64,000 nt of DNA from assembly GCA_965213675.1 (NCBI GenBank), contig OZ243916.1, positions 1,344,001 through 1,408,000 on the forward strand, written 5' to 3'. The translations under genes were made by a program, and so were the position numbers. Shown one piece after another: positions 32,093 to 42,310 of this stretch. The notes beneath the pieces are model-generated. The model did not search any database and was not told the DNA's origin. It saw only the letters and a list, made by a program, of their open reading frames with translations. Origin of the DNA: an uncultured Candidatus Binatia bacterium (GTDB lineage Bacteria; Desulfobacterota; Binatia; UBA9968; JAJDTQ01). Each line of letters opens with the position of its first letter. Within the stretch, counting starts at the first letter, position 1.

Positions 32093-32371
32093 TCACGCCG
32101 GATCGAAACTGATCCGAAGCCGAGTGCCGGTGGCCTGGGCGATCCTCTCCAGGGTCCGGGTGGACGGATGGATGCGGCCGCTCTCGAGGCGGGCAACGAC
32201 CGACTGCGTCGTCTCCATGCGTTCCGCCAACTCGGCCTGGGTCAGCGCGGCACGCCTGCGGGCCTCGATCAGCATGCGCGCCAACGCAAACTCCGGCTCA
32301 AGACGATCATAGGCTTCCCTATACTCCGGATCGTTGCTCCATTCCCTGTGCAACTCCGATACCTTGGTCAT
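32093..32371 (-). CDS. XRE/HigA-like HTH antitoxin
   Basis: LTQAELAERMETTQSVVARLESG HTH; ATGA overlap with toxin gene. Confidence 0.88.
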   Translation of the reverse strand: MTKVSELHREWSNDPEYREAYDRLEPEFALARMLIEARRRAALTQAELAERMETTQSVVARLESGRIHPSTRTLERIAQATGTRLRISFDPA

Positions 32372-32694
32372 TGCGATATCTCCCCGGCGCGCCTGAGCGC
32401 CAATGCAATCTCACGTTTCGGCGTCCGCCGCGTCTTCTTGAGGAACGCGCGCACAACCACCACTCGTCTGTCCCGTGCGGTGACGTAGAGTGCCCGCGAT
32501 ATCCCCTCACGGCCGCTCATGCGCATTTCCCAAAGCGGACCGGCGAGGCGCCGGACATGGGGCATTTCCATGCGTTCGAGACCGAACTCGGCGATCAACT
32601 CACAGATGCGCGCGAAGCGTGCGCGCATATCGTGCGGCAAGGCGCGCAACTCCGCGTCCACGGTTTCGTTGAGGGTCTCGACGGTCCAATTCAT
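32368..32694 (-). CDS. RelE/ParE-fold toxin (Gp49/DUF891 type)
   Basis: MNWTVETL, PHVRRL.GPLWEMR...ISRALY, AFLKKTRRTP..EI. Confidence 0.88.
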   Translation of the reverse strand: MNWTVETLNETVDAELRALPHDMRARFARICELIAEFGLERMEMPHVRRLAGPLWEMRMSGREGISRALYVTARDRRVVVVRAFLKKTRRTPKREIALALRRAGEISQ

Positions 32695-32707
32695 GCCCCA
32701 TGATTGT

Positions 32708-32723
32708 ATCGCAAATTTGCTAT
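32708..32723. promoter_or_regulatory. putative TA autoregulatory operator ATCGCAAATTTGCTAT
   Basis: Near-perfect 16-bp palindrome (perfect core GCAAATTTGC) 13 nt upstream of the toxin ATG. Confidence 0.6.
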
Positions 32724-32922
32724 GCGCGCCACCACGGAAAGACCTCTCGCGACGCGAGGATCGCACGGACGGGCCGCGACTGGGCAACACGACAATTGAC
32801 GCCAAGCGGCGACACCGCTGTGAGGCGGCCGTTCCACCCCTTGTTGTCAGTCTGCAAAGCGCGTATCCGGGCTCCATGGATACAAGAAGCGCGAGTGAAC
32901 ACGCAACTGGGGGGAGGCCTGG

Positions 32923-34371
32923 ATGGTAGCCTCCATCGGCGTCATCGCCTCGCCGTCCTAGGGTGTGGCCTACTACGAGAAGGACGGATACTACGCCAGG
33001 GAAGATCCCGCCCACAGGGAAGCGAGCGCCTGGGCGGGCAAGGGCGCAGAGGATCTGGGGCTTTCGGGTCCGGTTGATCCCGACACCTTCAAGGCCGTGC
33101 TCGAAGGGAAGGTCCCGGACGGCCCGCACCTGGGCAAGCGGGACAAGGACGGTGAGATCCACCACCGGCCGGGCCGCGACGTCACGCTTTCGGCTCCCAA
33201 GTCGGTCTCCCTCATGGCGCTTGTGGGAGGCGACGAGCGGATCGTGGCCTCTCACGACCGGGCCGTGACGCGGACCCTCGCCTGGGTCGAGCGGAACGCC
33301 GTCGAGACCAGGATGCAGGACAGGGCGAGCGGAGCGACGGTCCACGCCGGCGGCCAGCAGATGGTGGCGGCAACCTTCCGCCACGACACATCCCGAAACC
33401 TCGACCCCCAGCTCCACATTCATGCCGTGGTGGTGAACATGGTGCAGGGCGAGGATGGGAGATGGAGGACGATGGTCAACGACGGGCTCTACCGGAACAA
33501 GATGGCGATCGGCGCGGTCTACCGCGCTGAGCTTGCCCGGGATCTCAAGGATCTTGGGTACGGGATCGAGAAGACGCACGCGGACGGACGGTTCGAGATC
33601 GCGGGGGTAACACGGGAGGTGGTGGAGGGGTTCTCGACGCGGCGGGCGGAGATCGAGGCGGCGATGGCGGCGCGGGATGAAGGGGCGCCTTTGGAGAACC
33701 CGAAGCTGGCGGACCGCGCGGCGTTGATGACGCGGGCGAGGAAACGGGACGTGGACAAGGGAGAGCTTCGGCGGTCGTGGGAGCGCCAAGCGGCGGAACT
33801 CGGGTTCTCGGCCGACACCGTGCGCGCGAAGGCGACGCGAGCGGAGCGGGAACTGCCCTTGCCGGACCTGTTCTCGGACCGGGGAGAGCGCGGTGCGGAG
33901 GCCGCGGCCTGGGCGGTGGAGCACCTTTCCGAGCGCCAGGCGGTGTTCTTGCACGGGGATCTTCTTGCAGCGGTGCTGGCGCGGGAACCGGGCGCGGTGA
34001 CAGCCGAGGCGGCGGAACGGGCCATCGCGGAGCTCGAACGCGAGAGCGGCCTTCATGCCGCGAAGGGTCTGGAATCCGGAAAACACTGGACCACGGACGC
34101 GGCAATGGCGCGGGAGTCGGAGGCGATCGCGCTGATGAAGGCGGGCCAGGGCACCGAAAAGACGATCATGCGGGGTTGGATCGCGGAGACGAAGCTCCAC
34201 GGGGGCCGTCTCAACGAGGGGCAGAAGGAAGCGGTGAAGCTGATCCTCTCGTCGAAAGACCGGGTGTTGGGGGTGCAGGGCTACGCCGGCACGGGCAAGA
34301 CGACGATGCTGAACCGGCTCCGGACGCTCACGGAGAGCCGGGGCTACAACACAATGGGCCTCGCTCCGTCG
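32923..34371 (+). pseudogene. MobF/TrwC-type relaxase-helicase, in-frame TAG at codon 13 and truncated after GLAPS
   Basis: MVASIGVIASPS*GVAYYEKDGYY; DVTLSAPKSVS; HDTSR.LDPQLHIH (HUH); FSTRR; GYAGTGKT; homology stops at about 34371. Confidence 0.88.
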
Positions 34372-35404
34372 GACTTTCGAGTCCGCCAAGTGCTTGCGGG
34401 GGTGTGTTCGCACCCACATGCGACCGGTACACGGCAGCGTCGCAAACCGGTATCGCCTTTTCCATGGTGTTAGGCGGTACGAGGGGCTCGAATCGGGCAA
34501 GGGAGCGCACCCGGGCGCAGACAGGGCTCGTCAGGCAGCACGATGCGTCGGGTGTGAGAAGAATAACGGCTCTGCCGTAGAGACGGAGCCGCATGGCGGT
34601 ACATCGGCGACTGGAGACGAAAGACGCGTGATATCAGCAGGTTAGCCCGAGCGGCGCTTGAGCGGGAGAGGGAGGTCATAGCATAAAGGGCCGAAGCCGC
34701 GGATCACGGGCGGTCTCCGGGCATTTGCAGCCGTGGCGGCGCGAGCGCAGTTCTGGCAGCGAAGATTCCCTGGGGAGCCGGGTGCGACGCTCGGGAGAAC
34801 CGGGGCGGTTCCCTGGAGAATCACCGCGTATGACGACCTGCCGTACATGCTTGTTTTATCGGCAGTTTATTCCGTCCTACGCCGTGTTACGGAAGCACTA
34901 CAATACGGTTACACGCGCTTACAATCCACTTACAGCAGCCCGGACCGGGCAATTGGCCGGCGGCTGCGCTGGCGGCGAAGTGGATGCAAGGCATTCGGGG
35001 CTACATGGCCGCCGGGCATCGTGAGCACACGGGGATTGGCGGGCGCGGCAGGTGTCAGGGCCGCACCGCCCACAACCTCAACGAGCTCACTGTCCACCTT
35101 GCCGCGGCTCAAGCCTGACAGAGGCGTGTCCTGGTTCCCGCGGCGAGAAACACGACCACCCGGGAACTCGACAGACTCCGGACGGCGCTTGGGCGTCGGG
35201 TTCCCCCGCGCACCTGCAGGAACACGTCCCGGACCATCGTGCGGGTTCCTGACCGGCGTCAAGGAAACGGGAACAGACAAGGCGATGCTCGGCGGACCGA
35301 CACACGCCGCGACACTCACTCGATCATTGCTGTCGGCGGTGCTGCAGATGTGCCGGACATTCCAGAAGTCGCCGGTGAACAGGGCGGTGCGGCTGACGGG
35401 TACA

Positions 35405-36497
35405 GGCCGGAGACGCGTCTGGACGGCGAGCCAGCGGATGAAATCCATGCCGACCTCACGGCCAAGCGCGGCGGAACCGGGATCGACCTGACCGGGGCGC
35501 CGCCTACCGGCGAACGGCGGGGTTGCCTTCATGGGGGATACCAAGAGCGGGGCGTTTGACGTTTCCGGTGATCTCGCGCGGGAGTGGTTGCGCCTTCCGG
35601 CCAATCCGAACGGGCGGCCCAACTCCGATGTTCTGAGGCCCTGGGTCAACGGAATGGACCTCACCCGTCGCCCGGCGGGCAAGTGGATCGTGGATTTCGG
35701 CTGGAACATATCGGAAGCGGACGCGGCGCTCTATGAGGAGCCCTTCCGGCACGTGAAGGAACACGTTTGGCCGATGCGGCAGCGGAACCGCCGCGAGTCT
35801 TATCGTCTCAATTGGTGGCGGCATGTCGAGCCGCGACAAGGCATGTGGGAGGCGCTTGACGGTTTGCGGCGTTTCATCGTGACGCCGACGGTTTCCAAGC
35901 ACCGGCTGTTCGTCTGGCTCGATGCGGGGGTCTGCCCCGACCACCAGCTCATCGTCATCGCCCACGACGACGATCTAACCTTCGGCATCCTGCACAGCCG
36001 GTTTCACGAAGCGTGGTCGCTACGGCTTGGCACCAGCCTCGAAGATCGCCCGCGCTACACGCCGACCACCACGTTCGAGACCTTCCCGTTCTCAGACGGC
36101 CTTTCGCCTGACATTCGTGCCGCCGACTACTCGGACGCCCCGCGCGCTATGGCCATCGCCGAGGCTGCGCGGCGGCTGGTCGAGTTGCGCGATCGTTGGC
36201 TCAACCCGCCGGAATGGGTTGAGTGGGTGGAGGAGCCGATGCCAGGCTACCCCAAGCGACCGGGCGCCCGCGACGAGGCGGCAGCGAAGAAACTCAAGGC
36301 CCGCACGCTGACCAATCTCTACAACGCCCGTCCGCAATGGCTCGCCGACGCACACGTGGCGCTCGACGCCGCCGTTGCCGCAGCTTACGGGTGGGATGCG
36401 GAGATTTCCCAGGGACGACGCGCTGTCAGAGTTATTGGCGATGAACCTGTCAGGCGAAGCTGCGTCTTCGTTCCGTGCGTTGCGGATCCGGTCGTAG
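35405..36497 (+). pseudogene. C-terminal (target-recognition) fragment of an MmeI/YeeA-like type IIG/IIL restriction-modification enzyme, frameshifted
   Basis: EIHADLT, KHRLFVW, FGILHSRFHEAW, PRYTPTTTFETFPF, TLTNLYN..P.WL..AH..LD.AV.AAYGW; frame breaks near 35498 and 36410; no MTase motifs. Confidence 0.8.
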
Positions 36498-37090
36498 CGC
36501 TGAGCGGATACGATCCTCCAGGACCGTTGCGTCGTACTCGGCCTCAATCTCCAGGAACTGAACTTTGGCTTACGGACAGCCTCCCGCTTCACCGCATCGC
36601 GCATGAACGCTCCATTCTGGTGATGACCGTGCCCCTGATACTCCACCGCCAGCGTTGGCAGGCCGATACGGTCGATGACCAGGAAATCCAGGCGCTTGCT
36701 ATTTATGGAGCGAAACGCGAGATTGCGGGATTCTTCCGATCCTGACCCCCGCGCTGGTGCGATAATCTCGCCCAGGCTGGTTTGGGCCATGACGCGATGG
36801 CCACCGCCGATTTCGCGAGTGATCTTCTCAAGGATCTGGAGAATGCCGTACTCGGGTTTGTTGAGAAGGCGACGCGGCTCGAAGTCGACTCTGGAAATGA
36901 ACTCCATTTGCGCCTTCGGATCGCCAAGGCGCGACTCATCGGATCGGAGACCTTCCGCCTGCCGATTTCCGGTGTTTCTCGGAGGCCTCCCGGGGAACCT
37001 TCGAAAGCGGGGGCTGCGCTTGGAAGCAACCCGTTTTAGAACCGCCATAAAGACGGCGAGCGCAATCAGCCACCCCCTCTATCCAGTCGC
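36450..37090 (-). pseudogene. DUF2726 (PD-(D/E)XK-like) domain protein, frameshifted near 36570
   Basis: LLNKPE, VMAQTSLGE, INSKRLDFLVID, AVEYQGHGH, RDAVKREA; adding one G restores KAKVQFLEIEAEYD. Confidence 0.72.
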
Positions 37091-38008
37091 GTAGAGGTTC
37101 GCAAGCGCGTTTCCATGCGGACAGGCGCGGTCAAAGGTCGTTCGAGCGGTGCGGGTGCTCGGCGTCGAAACCCATCGGTTCGCGATCCGACCCGCCGCCT
37201 TCTCGGCCGCGGCCTGCAACGGGTTGTCGTCGAGACGGGCATGGAGGGCGGTCGTGGCGAGCCGCCGGTGACCGAGGAGCTTCCCGACGGTGGGGAGACA
37301 CACGCCGTTCATGACGCCCTGGAACGCCCGGGAATCCCGCAGAGGTCTTCGGGGAACACCCCCCTGTCCTCGATGCTGGGAAGCGAAGCGAGCAGCTTTG
37401 GCGCTTCCGGCCCGAGCCAGATCGTGCGCGGCCCGGTCTTCCCGCGCCCTCCCGTCGGCCTCGGCCAGCGCGCCGATCTCGTCCCACCGCAGGTTGACCC
37501 CTTCCGACAACCGCGCCTCGGTGAAGCCCAACAGGCGGAGCGCCGCCAACCGCCACGGATGGGATTGTTGGTGCCTGTCCAGCACCGCGCCGAGCCGCCG
37601 CAACTCCTCTTGGTCGAGGTATCTGCCGATGGGTCTTCGCGTGTTGCGCGTGATGTTGGCGCAGGCATCGGGAACGTTCTCGCCAAGCTTACCCCTTTGC
37701 CGCGTGATCTTGAGCATGGCGCGCAGCACCTCGGACGCCCGGTTGGCGGCGCCGGGCCTGCCCGCGCTCGCCGCGTCGAACTGACACCCCGCGTGGTAGA
37801 TGTCCCACACTTCGAGCGTAGTGGCCTTCCAGCGGCTCCGGCGCTGGTTGACATGCGACGAGAAGTCTTGGAGCATGACGTGATGGACACGACAGGTAGA
37901 GTACAGGTATAGGCTGCGCTGTTGACAGTTCGCCTGGGCTCGCTCACAGGGTCGCCGTCGAGGCGTTCGACCGGCGGGCCGAAGAAATTTCGGCCGAAGG
38001 GTTGACAA
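37079..38008 (-). pseudogene. degenerate tyrosine recombinase/integrase
   Basis: RPGAANRA, RYL.QEEL.RLGAVL, LRLLGFTEARLSE (TGxR degraded), LLGH..LATTALH (catalytic Tyr lost); internal deletions. Confidence 0.8.
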
Positions 38009-38288
38009 GTGGGGTCAGCGTCCATGATTAGCCGAGCCGAGCCGTCTCCCGCCGTTCCACGGGGAGTCTTCCAATCTTCCCTCGAACATAGTCGGTACAC
38101 GTCACAACACTTTGCCCCGCGAAGGCCTAGCGATGGTGGTTCGGCAAGAACGCCGCCCGATCGTGTCGCGAGGTCGCCTACTTCCTTCTTCAAAATTGTC
38201 TGCTCGCGTGGAGCGGTTGACGGCGCTGATCCGTCACGACTGCCGTCAGTTGCAAAATTCCTGAGTTCATATGTGGAGGAGTTCAGCA

Positions 38289-39545
38289 ATGCAGAATACC
38301 ATTTATCGAAAATGTAGTTGGCTCGCCGCGTGTTTGGCGATTTTGGCGGGTTGCAGTGGTGGAAGCGACGGCGGGTCCACATCGGGAGACATGATGCGGC
38401 CACTCCCTGTTGACGGAACAGAGTTTGCCGACTTGAACCCGACTAACGCGGGCTACGCGGCGATTGCTGTCAGCCGAGCCGCTGACGCCAGACCTCGTTC
38501 GGGCAGCATCACGCAATCGTCAAATGTGAACAATGGCATCACGGTGGATCGCGTAACAGTAACGGCTCAGCATGGGGCCGAGAGAAACAGCTACTCTATC
38601 CGGAACGGAACTTTGTGGTCTGTCGGAACGAGCGACGGCAGTCCTGTGGATATCGATGCGACCGCTCCATTCGATGGTCAAGAACTGCACAAGCGCATCC
38701 CCGGCGGCACGCTATATGTAGATGTCTACTCTGACATAGAAGCGCCTTCGTTGAGGGAGGTGGTAACCTCTAGCGGTACGCCAGTACGACTGGAGGACAG
38801 TTTGGGTTCAACGATCGGCGGTTTGACGTTGGACGAAATCAACGCGCGAATGGGTGATGGGGAGCTGGATGGAGTTCCGGGGACATTTTCGTGCGACAGA
38901 GCCGGGGGCGGGAGCTGTCCTGCCTTCTTTGGCACGCATTTCGACCCGAGGGGTACGGACTGGATTTTCACTCCGCATGGGTCGACGCGTACTGAGTCAA
39001 CACCCGATGCCGACTATCTGGCTGGCGGTGTCTGGCTGTTCATGCCCGACAATGCCACGAACGCGGACGATGTCGTGTTCGGCGCCTTCGGTGATGGCAG
39101 CGATCCATTCGACCAGCACAGTGTCATGGCACTTCAAGGCCCCGCAAGCTACAATGGTTTGGTGGCCGGGGTATATTCGGCCAAATCGGGCGGCGATACG
39201 GAAATTGGCTACGTGGATGGCCGTGTCTCTCTCACGGTCGATTTCGGCGGAGGAAGGGACCTCGGAACGATCGGCGGATCGGTCACCGGTATCGAAGTGG
39301 ACGGCGACCCGATTTCCGGCTCCCTGACCTTGGGAACTGCCAACATCGGCGGTTCCGACAGCGGCTTCTTCGAGGGCAATCTGAGCGGCACTGTGGGAGC
39401 GGCCGGCTACACGGGAAGATGGGGTGGTCAGTTCTTCGGCAACCGCGAGGCGGATGGGGAGCCAGGATCGGTCGGCGGCACGTTGGGCGGGCGATCCGCA
39501 GATCGCTCTACAAGCTTCGTGGGAGTCTTCGGCGCCTACAAATGA
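38289..39545 (+). CDS. surface lipoprotein with TbpB/HpuA-like C-terminal beta-barrel
   Basis: Lipobox LAGC then Gly/Ser linker; ASYNG..AGVY, V.LTVDF, GTIGGSV, G.WGGQFFG, VGGT.G, FVGVFGA C-terminus. Confidence 0.72.
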   Translation: MQNTIYRKCSWLAACLAILAGCSGGSDGGSTSGDMMRPLPVDGTEFADLNPTNAGYAAIAVSRAADARPRSGSITQSSNVNNGITVDRVTVTAQHGAERNSYSIRNGTLWSVGTSDGSPVDIDATAPFDGQELHKRIPGGTLYVDVYSDIEAPSLREVVTSSGTPVRLEDSLGSTIGGLTLDEINARMGDGELDGVPGTFSCDRAGGGSCPAFFGTHFDPRGTDWIFTPHGSTRTESTPDADYLAGGVWLFMPDNATNADDVVFGAFGDGSDPFDQHSVMALQGPASYNGLVAGVYSAKSGGDTEIGYVDGRVSLTVDFGGGRDLGTIGGSVTGIEVDGDPISGSLTLGTANIGGSDSGFFEGNLSGTVGAAGYTGRWGGQFFGNREADGEPGSVGGTLGGRSADRSTSFVGVFGAYK

Positions 39546-39624
39546 TCGAGAAGCCGGTTCGAGGTTGCAAACCGAAAGCAGGGCAGCGCCAGCGCTGCCC
39601 TGCTCGCTTTCTTTCGATACGTCC

Positions 39625-39860
39625 ATGCAGTTCGTCCGCGCTATCGCTTTCGTGATCGTGTTCGCCGCCACGCCCCGCGCCGCTTCGGAAGAGAGGACGT
39701 ATATTTCGTCCGATCCGGGGGAAGCGTGCAAGAGCCCTGATTGACAGCGGCTGGTTTCGGTTCGCGTTGCACCCCGTGCCCCCGGTTCATCCGGATCGCA
39801 CGGATGTCCTGTTTCTCGTGGGACTGGCGGCGCTCGGTGCGGGGCAGCCCTCGCAGTCAG
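39625..39860 (+). pseudogene. N-terminal relic of a TPR/Slam-like (surface lipoprotein assembly modulator) gene
   Basis: Signal-like MQFVRAIAFVIVFAA, then frame-broken ALIDSG...HPDRTDVLFLVGLAALGA TPR-like helix, just downstream of the barrel lipoprotein. Confidence 0.45.
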
Positions 39861-39913
39861 GAGACCGCGTTCTTCCCAAAGAACCAACGGGTAGCGTTAC
39901 AACGAGAAATGAT

Positions 39914-40951
39914 ATGCTCTGGAACGTTCTTCCGCGACCGGTCGCTCACCTTATCGGCGTGTGCATACCGCTGGCGCTTGGGCTGACCGGGTGTTTGTCG
40001 GACGATTCCTACCTCGTGCGAAGAGGATCGCGCGTGAACATCGCCACGACCACGCCGCCGGGGAGTCCATCGGATCGGTCCGTCTTGAAGCAGTTGCCGA
40101 CCACAACTCGATCCGTGGTGAAGGTGGATACGTCAACGACGAGAGACACCGGCATTCAAGGCAAAGGGTATTTGGTCTCCATCGGGAGAGTCGCACTGGA
40201 CAACCATGCAGGAGGCGATCTCTTTTCCGAGCCCGACGTCTATGTGCAGGTTCAACGCCGGGATCCACTTGTTCTTGAAGCCATACGGCGCGAGGAAGAC
40301 AGGCTTTCCGTTTTGAACGCTCGAAAGAAGGCTTTGGAGAAGGAGATGGAGTCGCTTCAAGCCAGGAAGAGAAAGAGCGAAGTCGTGCCGGGTGAGCCCC
40401 TTTCTCAAACTCGACTTCGGCGATTGGCTGAACTGACCCGCACCACGGAAGGCGCGTGCGAGGGACTATTGGCAGATAACGAATGCCGGAAGTGCGAGCG
40501 ATACGACGAAAGGCAGGTCTGCCGCGAGTGTGAGGCATGCAAGGAGCTGCGATTTCTTCTGAAGAAGAAGGCGGAAAGCGAAGTTGTTCCCGGAGCTGTT
40601 CTTGATCCAAAGGAATGGGAGCGCCTGCGAGAGTTGGAGGCATTGGTCGAGGGGCTTGCGAAGGACATAGGCGACACGCGCTCAACGGCAAGCCGGTTTC
40701 GCAAGAAAATTACGGCAAAGACCCATACCGTGACAACTCCCGGCCTTCGCCTGGATTACGGATTCCGGTCCATTTTGGAAGTCTTTCCGGGCGATAAGCT
40801 TTGGGTGTCGGTCTACGATGAGGATGTCGGTGAAGACGATCTCTACGGATCTACAGTGTTTCGAGTTCCGAAGGGCCCAATGACACAAAGGGAAGTGGAA
40901 TTGTCGATGCCAAATGTTCGGTCGGTGATTCTGAGGCTGAGGTTGCGTTGA
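39914..40951 (+). CDS. lipoprotein with split C2-like domain and inserted coiled-coil/6-Cys hairpin
   Basis: Lipobox LTGC; DLFSEPDVYVQV and LWVSVYDEDVGEDDLYG; two helical arms around C-x8-CxxC-x8-CxxCxxC. Confidence 0.65.
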   Translation: MLWNVLPRPVAHLIGVCIPLALGLTGCLSDDSYLVRRGSRVNIATTTPPGSPSDRSVLKQLPTTTRSVVKVDTSTTRDTGIQGKGYLVSIGRVALDNHAGGDLFSEPDVYVQVQRRDPLVLEAIRREEDRLSVLNARKKALEKEMESLQARKRKSEVVPGEPLSQTRLRRLAELTRTTEGACEGLLADNECRKCERYDERQVCRECEACKELRFLLKKKAESEVVPGAVLDPKEWERLRELEALVEGLAKDIGDTRSTASRFRKKITAKTHTVTTPGLRLDYGFRSILEVFPGDKLWVSVYDEDVGEDDLYGSTVFRVPKGPMTQREVELSMPNVRSVILRLRLR

Positions 40952-40977
40952 ATGACGCCCGGACCTCCCAGGCAGTC

Positions 40978-41502
40978 ATGAGGGTCTCCAGTATTCGCTG
41001 CCTTCGCCATCTCTGCTCGGCATTTGTTGCCCTAGTCGCGATACTATTCTGTGCCGAGGCCTCTGCCAACCCACGCGCATGTCCAAAGTGGAACACCCTG
41101 GAGTTTTTTCGCGAGGCAACGGCTGGCGACGTTCAAAGGTGTCTGAATGAGGGCGCAGACGCAAATGCGAGGGGCCGTTACGGAGAAACACCGCTGCACA
41201 GGGCAGGAATGGTTAGCGAATCAGCCGTTGTCCATGCACTCGTCAGTGCAGGCGCAGACGTAACGGCACGGAACAGTGGCGGAGAGACACCGCTGCACAA
41301 GGCGGGAAGTGCGGCGGCAGTCATGATCCTCGTCAACGCAGGCGCTGATCCGAACGCAGCCGACTACGGTGGCTGGGCGCCGCTGGATGTGGCGAAGGAC
41401 GCGGAGGTGATCCAGGAACTCACCGATTCTGGCGCCAAATTCAGCCCGACGCTAATCGGCGAGTGTCTCTCTTCTCAGGAAACGGGGAAGCAATGCGAGT
41501 AG
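40978..41502 (+). CDS. secreted ankyrin-repeat protein
   Basis: Signal peptide; GADANAR...GETPLH, GADVTAR..GETPLH, GADPNA...G.APL; alternative TTG start at 40948 overlaps the upstream stop. Confidence 0.9.
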   Translation: MRVSSIRCLRHLCSAFVALVAILFCAEASANPRACPKWNTLEFFREATAGDVQRCLNEGADANARGRYGETPLHRAGMVSESAVVHALVSAGADVTARNSGGETPLHKAGSAAAVMILVNAGADPNAADYGGWAPLDVAKDAEVIQELTDSGAKFSPTLIGECLSSQETGKQCE

Positions 41503-41661
41503 CCGGGATGGCGAGTACGAAATGGGACCATAGGCGACCGGTCGCGGGATCGGCCACCAGCCTGCCGCCAGCCGCAGGCCTTGTGGACTTCGGCCAAGCT
41601 CAAAAAGTGTCTGTCCTGGAGGTTTGTGTACAATCGTCGGAAACGCCTTCCCCGCACGCCA

Positions 41662-42310
41662 TCACGCCTCACCTTGGAGCCGGACAAGCCCGGGCACGGG
41701 TAGATCAGCCCCCAACAGGGCTTCGATGCGGTCGGCCACGCGCTGAGCGGGCTCGCGGAGTTGCTCGACGGTCCAGTCGGCGGCGTAGCCCTCGGTGATG
41801 TCGTCGTCGCGGGCGTGGTTGACGAGGCGCTTGGTGAGGGGGCGGGGCAGCATAAGATCGCGCTCCGCCACGGTGATGAAGGCGTTGCGCAGCCCGTGAA
41901 ACCAGAAGCGTGTGCGTGCGGCCCTGCCGATACCGGCATGGTAGCGGTGAAGGTTCTTGAGATGGCCGGTGACGCTCGCGGACGAGGGGAACACCCAGCC
42001 CTCGTCCCTGCCCCCGGCCTCGGCCCGGCGGCGATCCAGCACCGCGGCGAGCTGGCGGGTGAGCGGAAGCTCCAGCGGCTCGCCGGTCTTGGTCTCCTCG
42101 ACCCGCAGGATGCCGCGGTCCAGGTCGATGCGCTCCCACCGGAGCGAAACCACCTCACCCAGGCGCATGCCCGTATAGGCTCCAATGGCGAAGATGTCGC
42201 GATGCGCGGGCGGGAGCCCTGCCGCCTCCACCCCGGCGCGCCAGCGGGGCAGCACCTCGGCCGGCGAGGATATCCGCCGGCGGCGCTTGCGGTTGAGGAC
42301 CGCGAGAAAG
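41662..42310 (-). pseudogene. tyrosine recombinase catalytic domain, N-terminally truncated
   Basis: YTGMRLGE, ETKTG, FHGLRNAF, LVNH, ITEGY (R-K-H-R-H-Y intact); no arm or core-binding domain upstream. Confidence 0.82.

Noticed and set aside
32959-32961. Amber read-through or alternative genetic code in the relaxase
   Set aside because: TAG is a normal stop in many genes here (ssb, thrH); the gene is also truncated downstream, so a nonsense mutation is simpler
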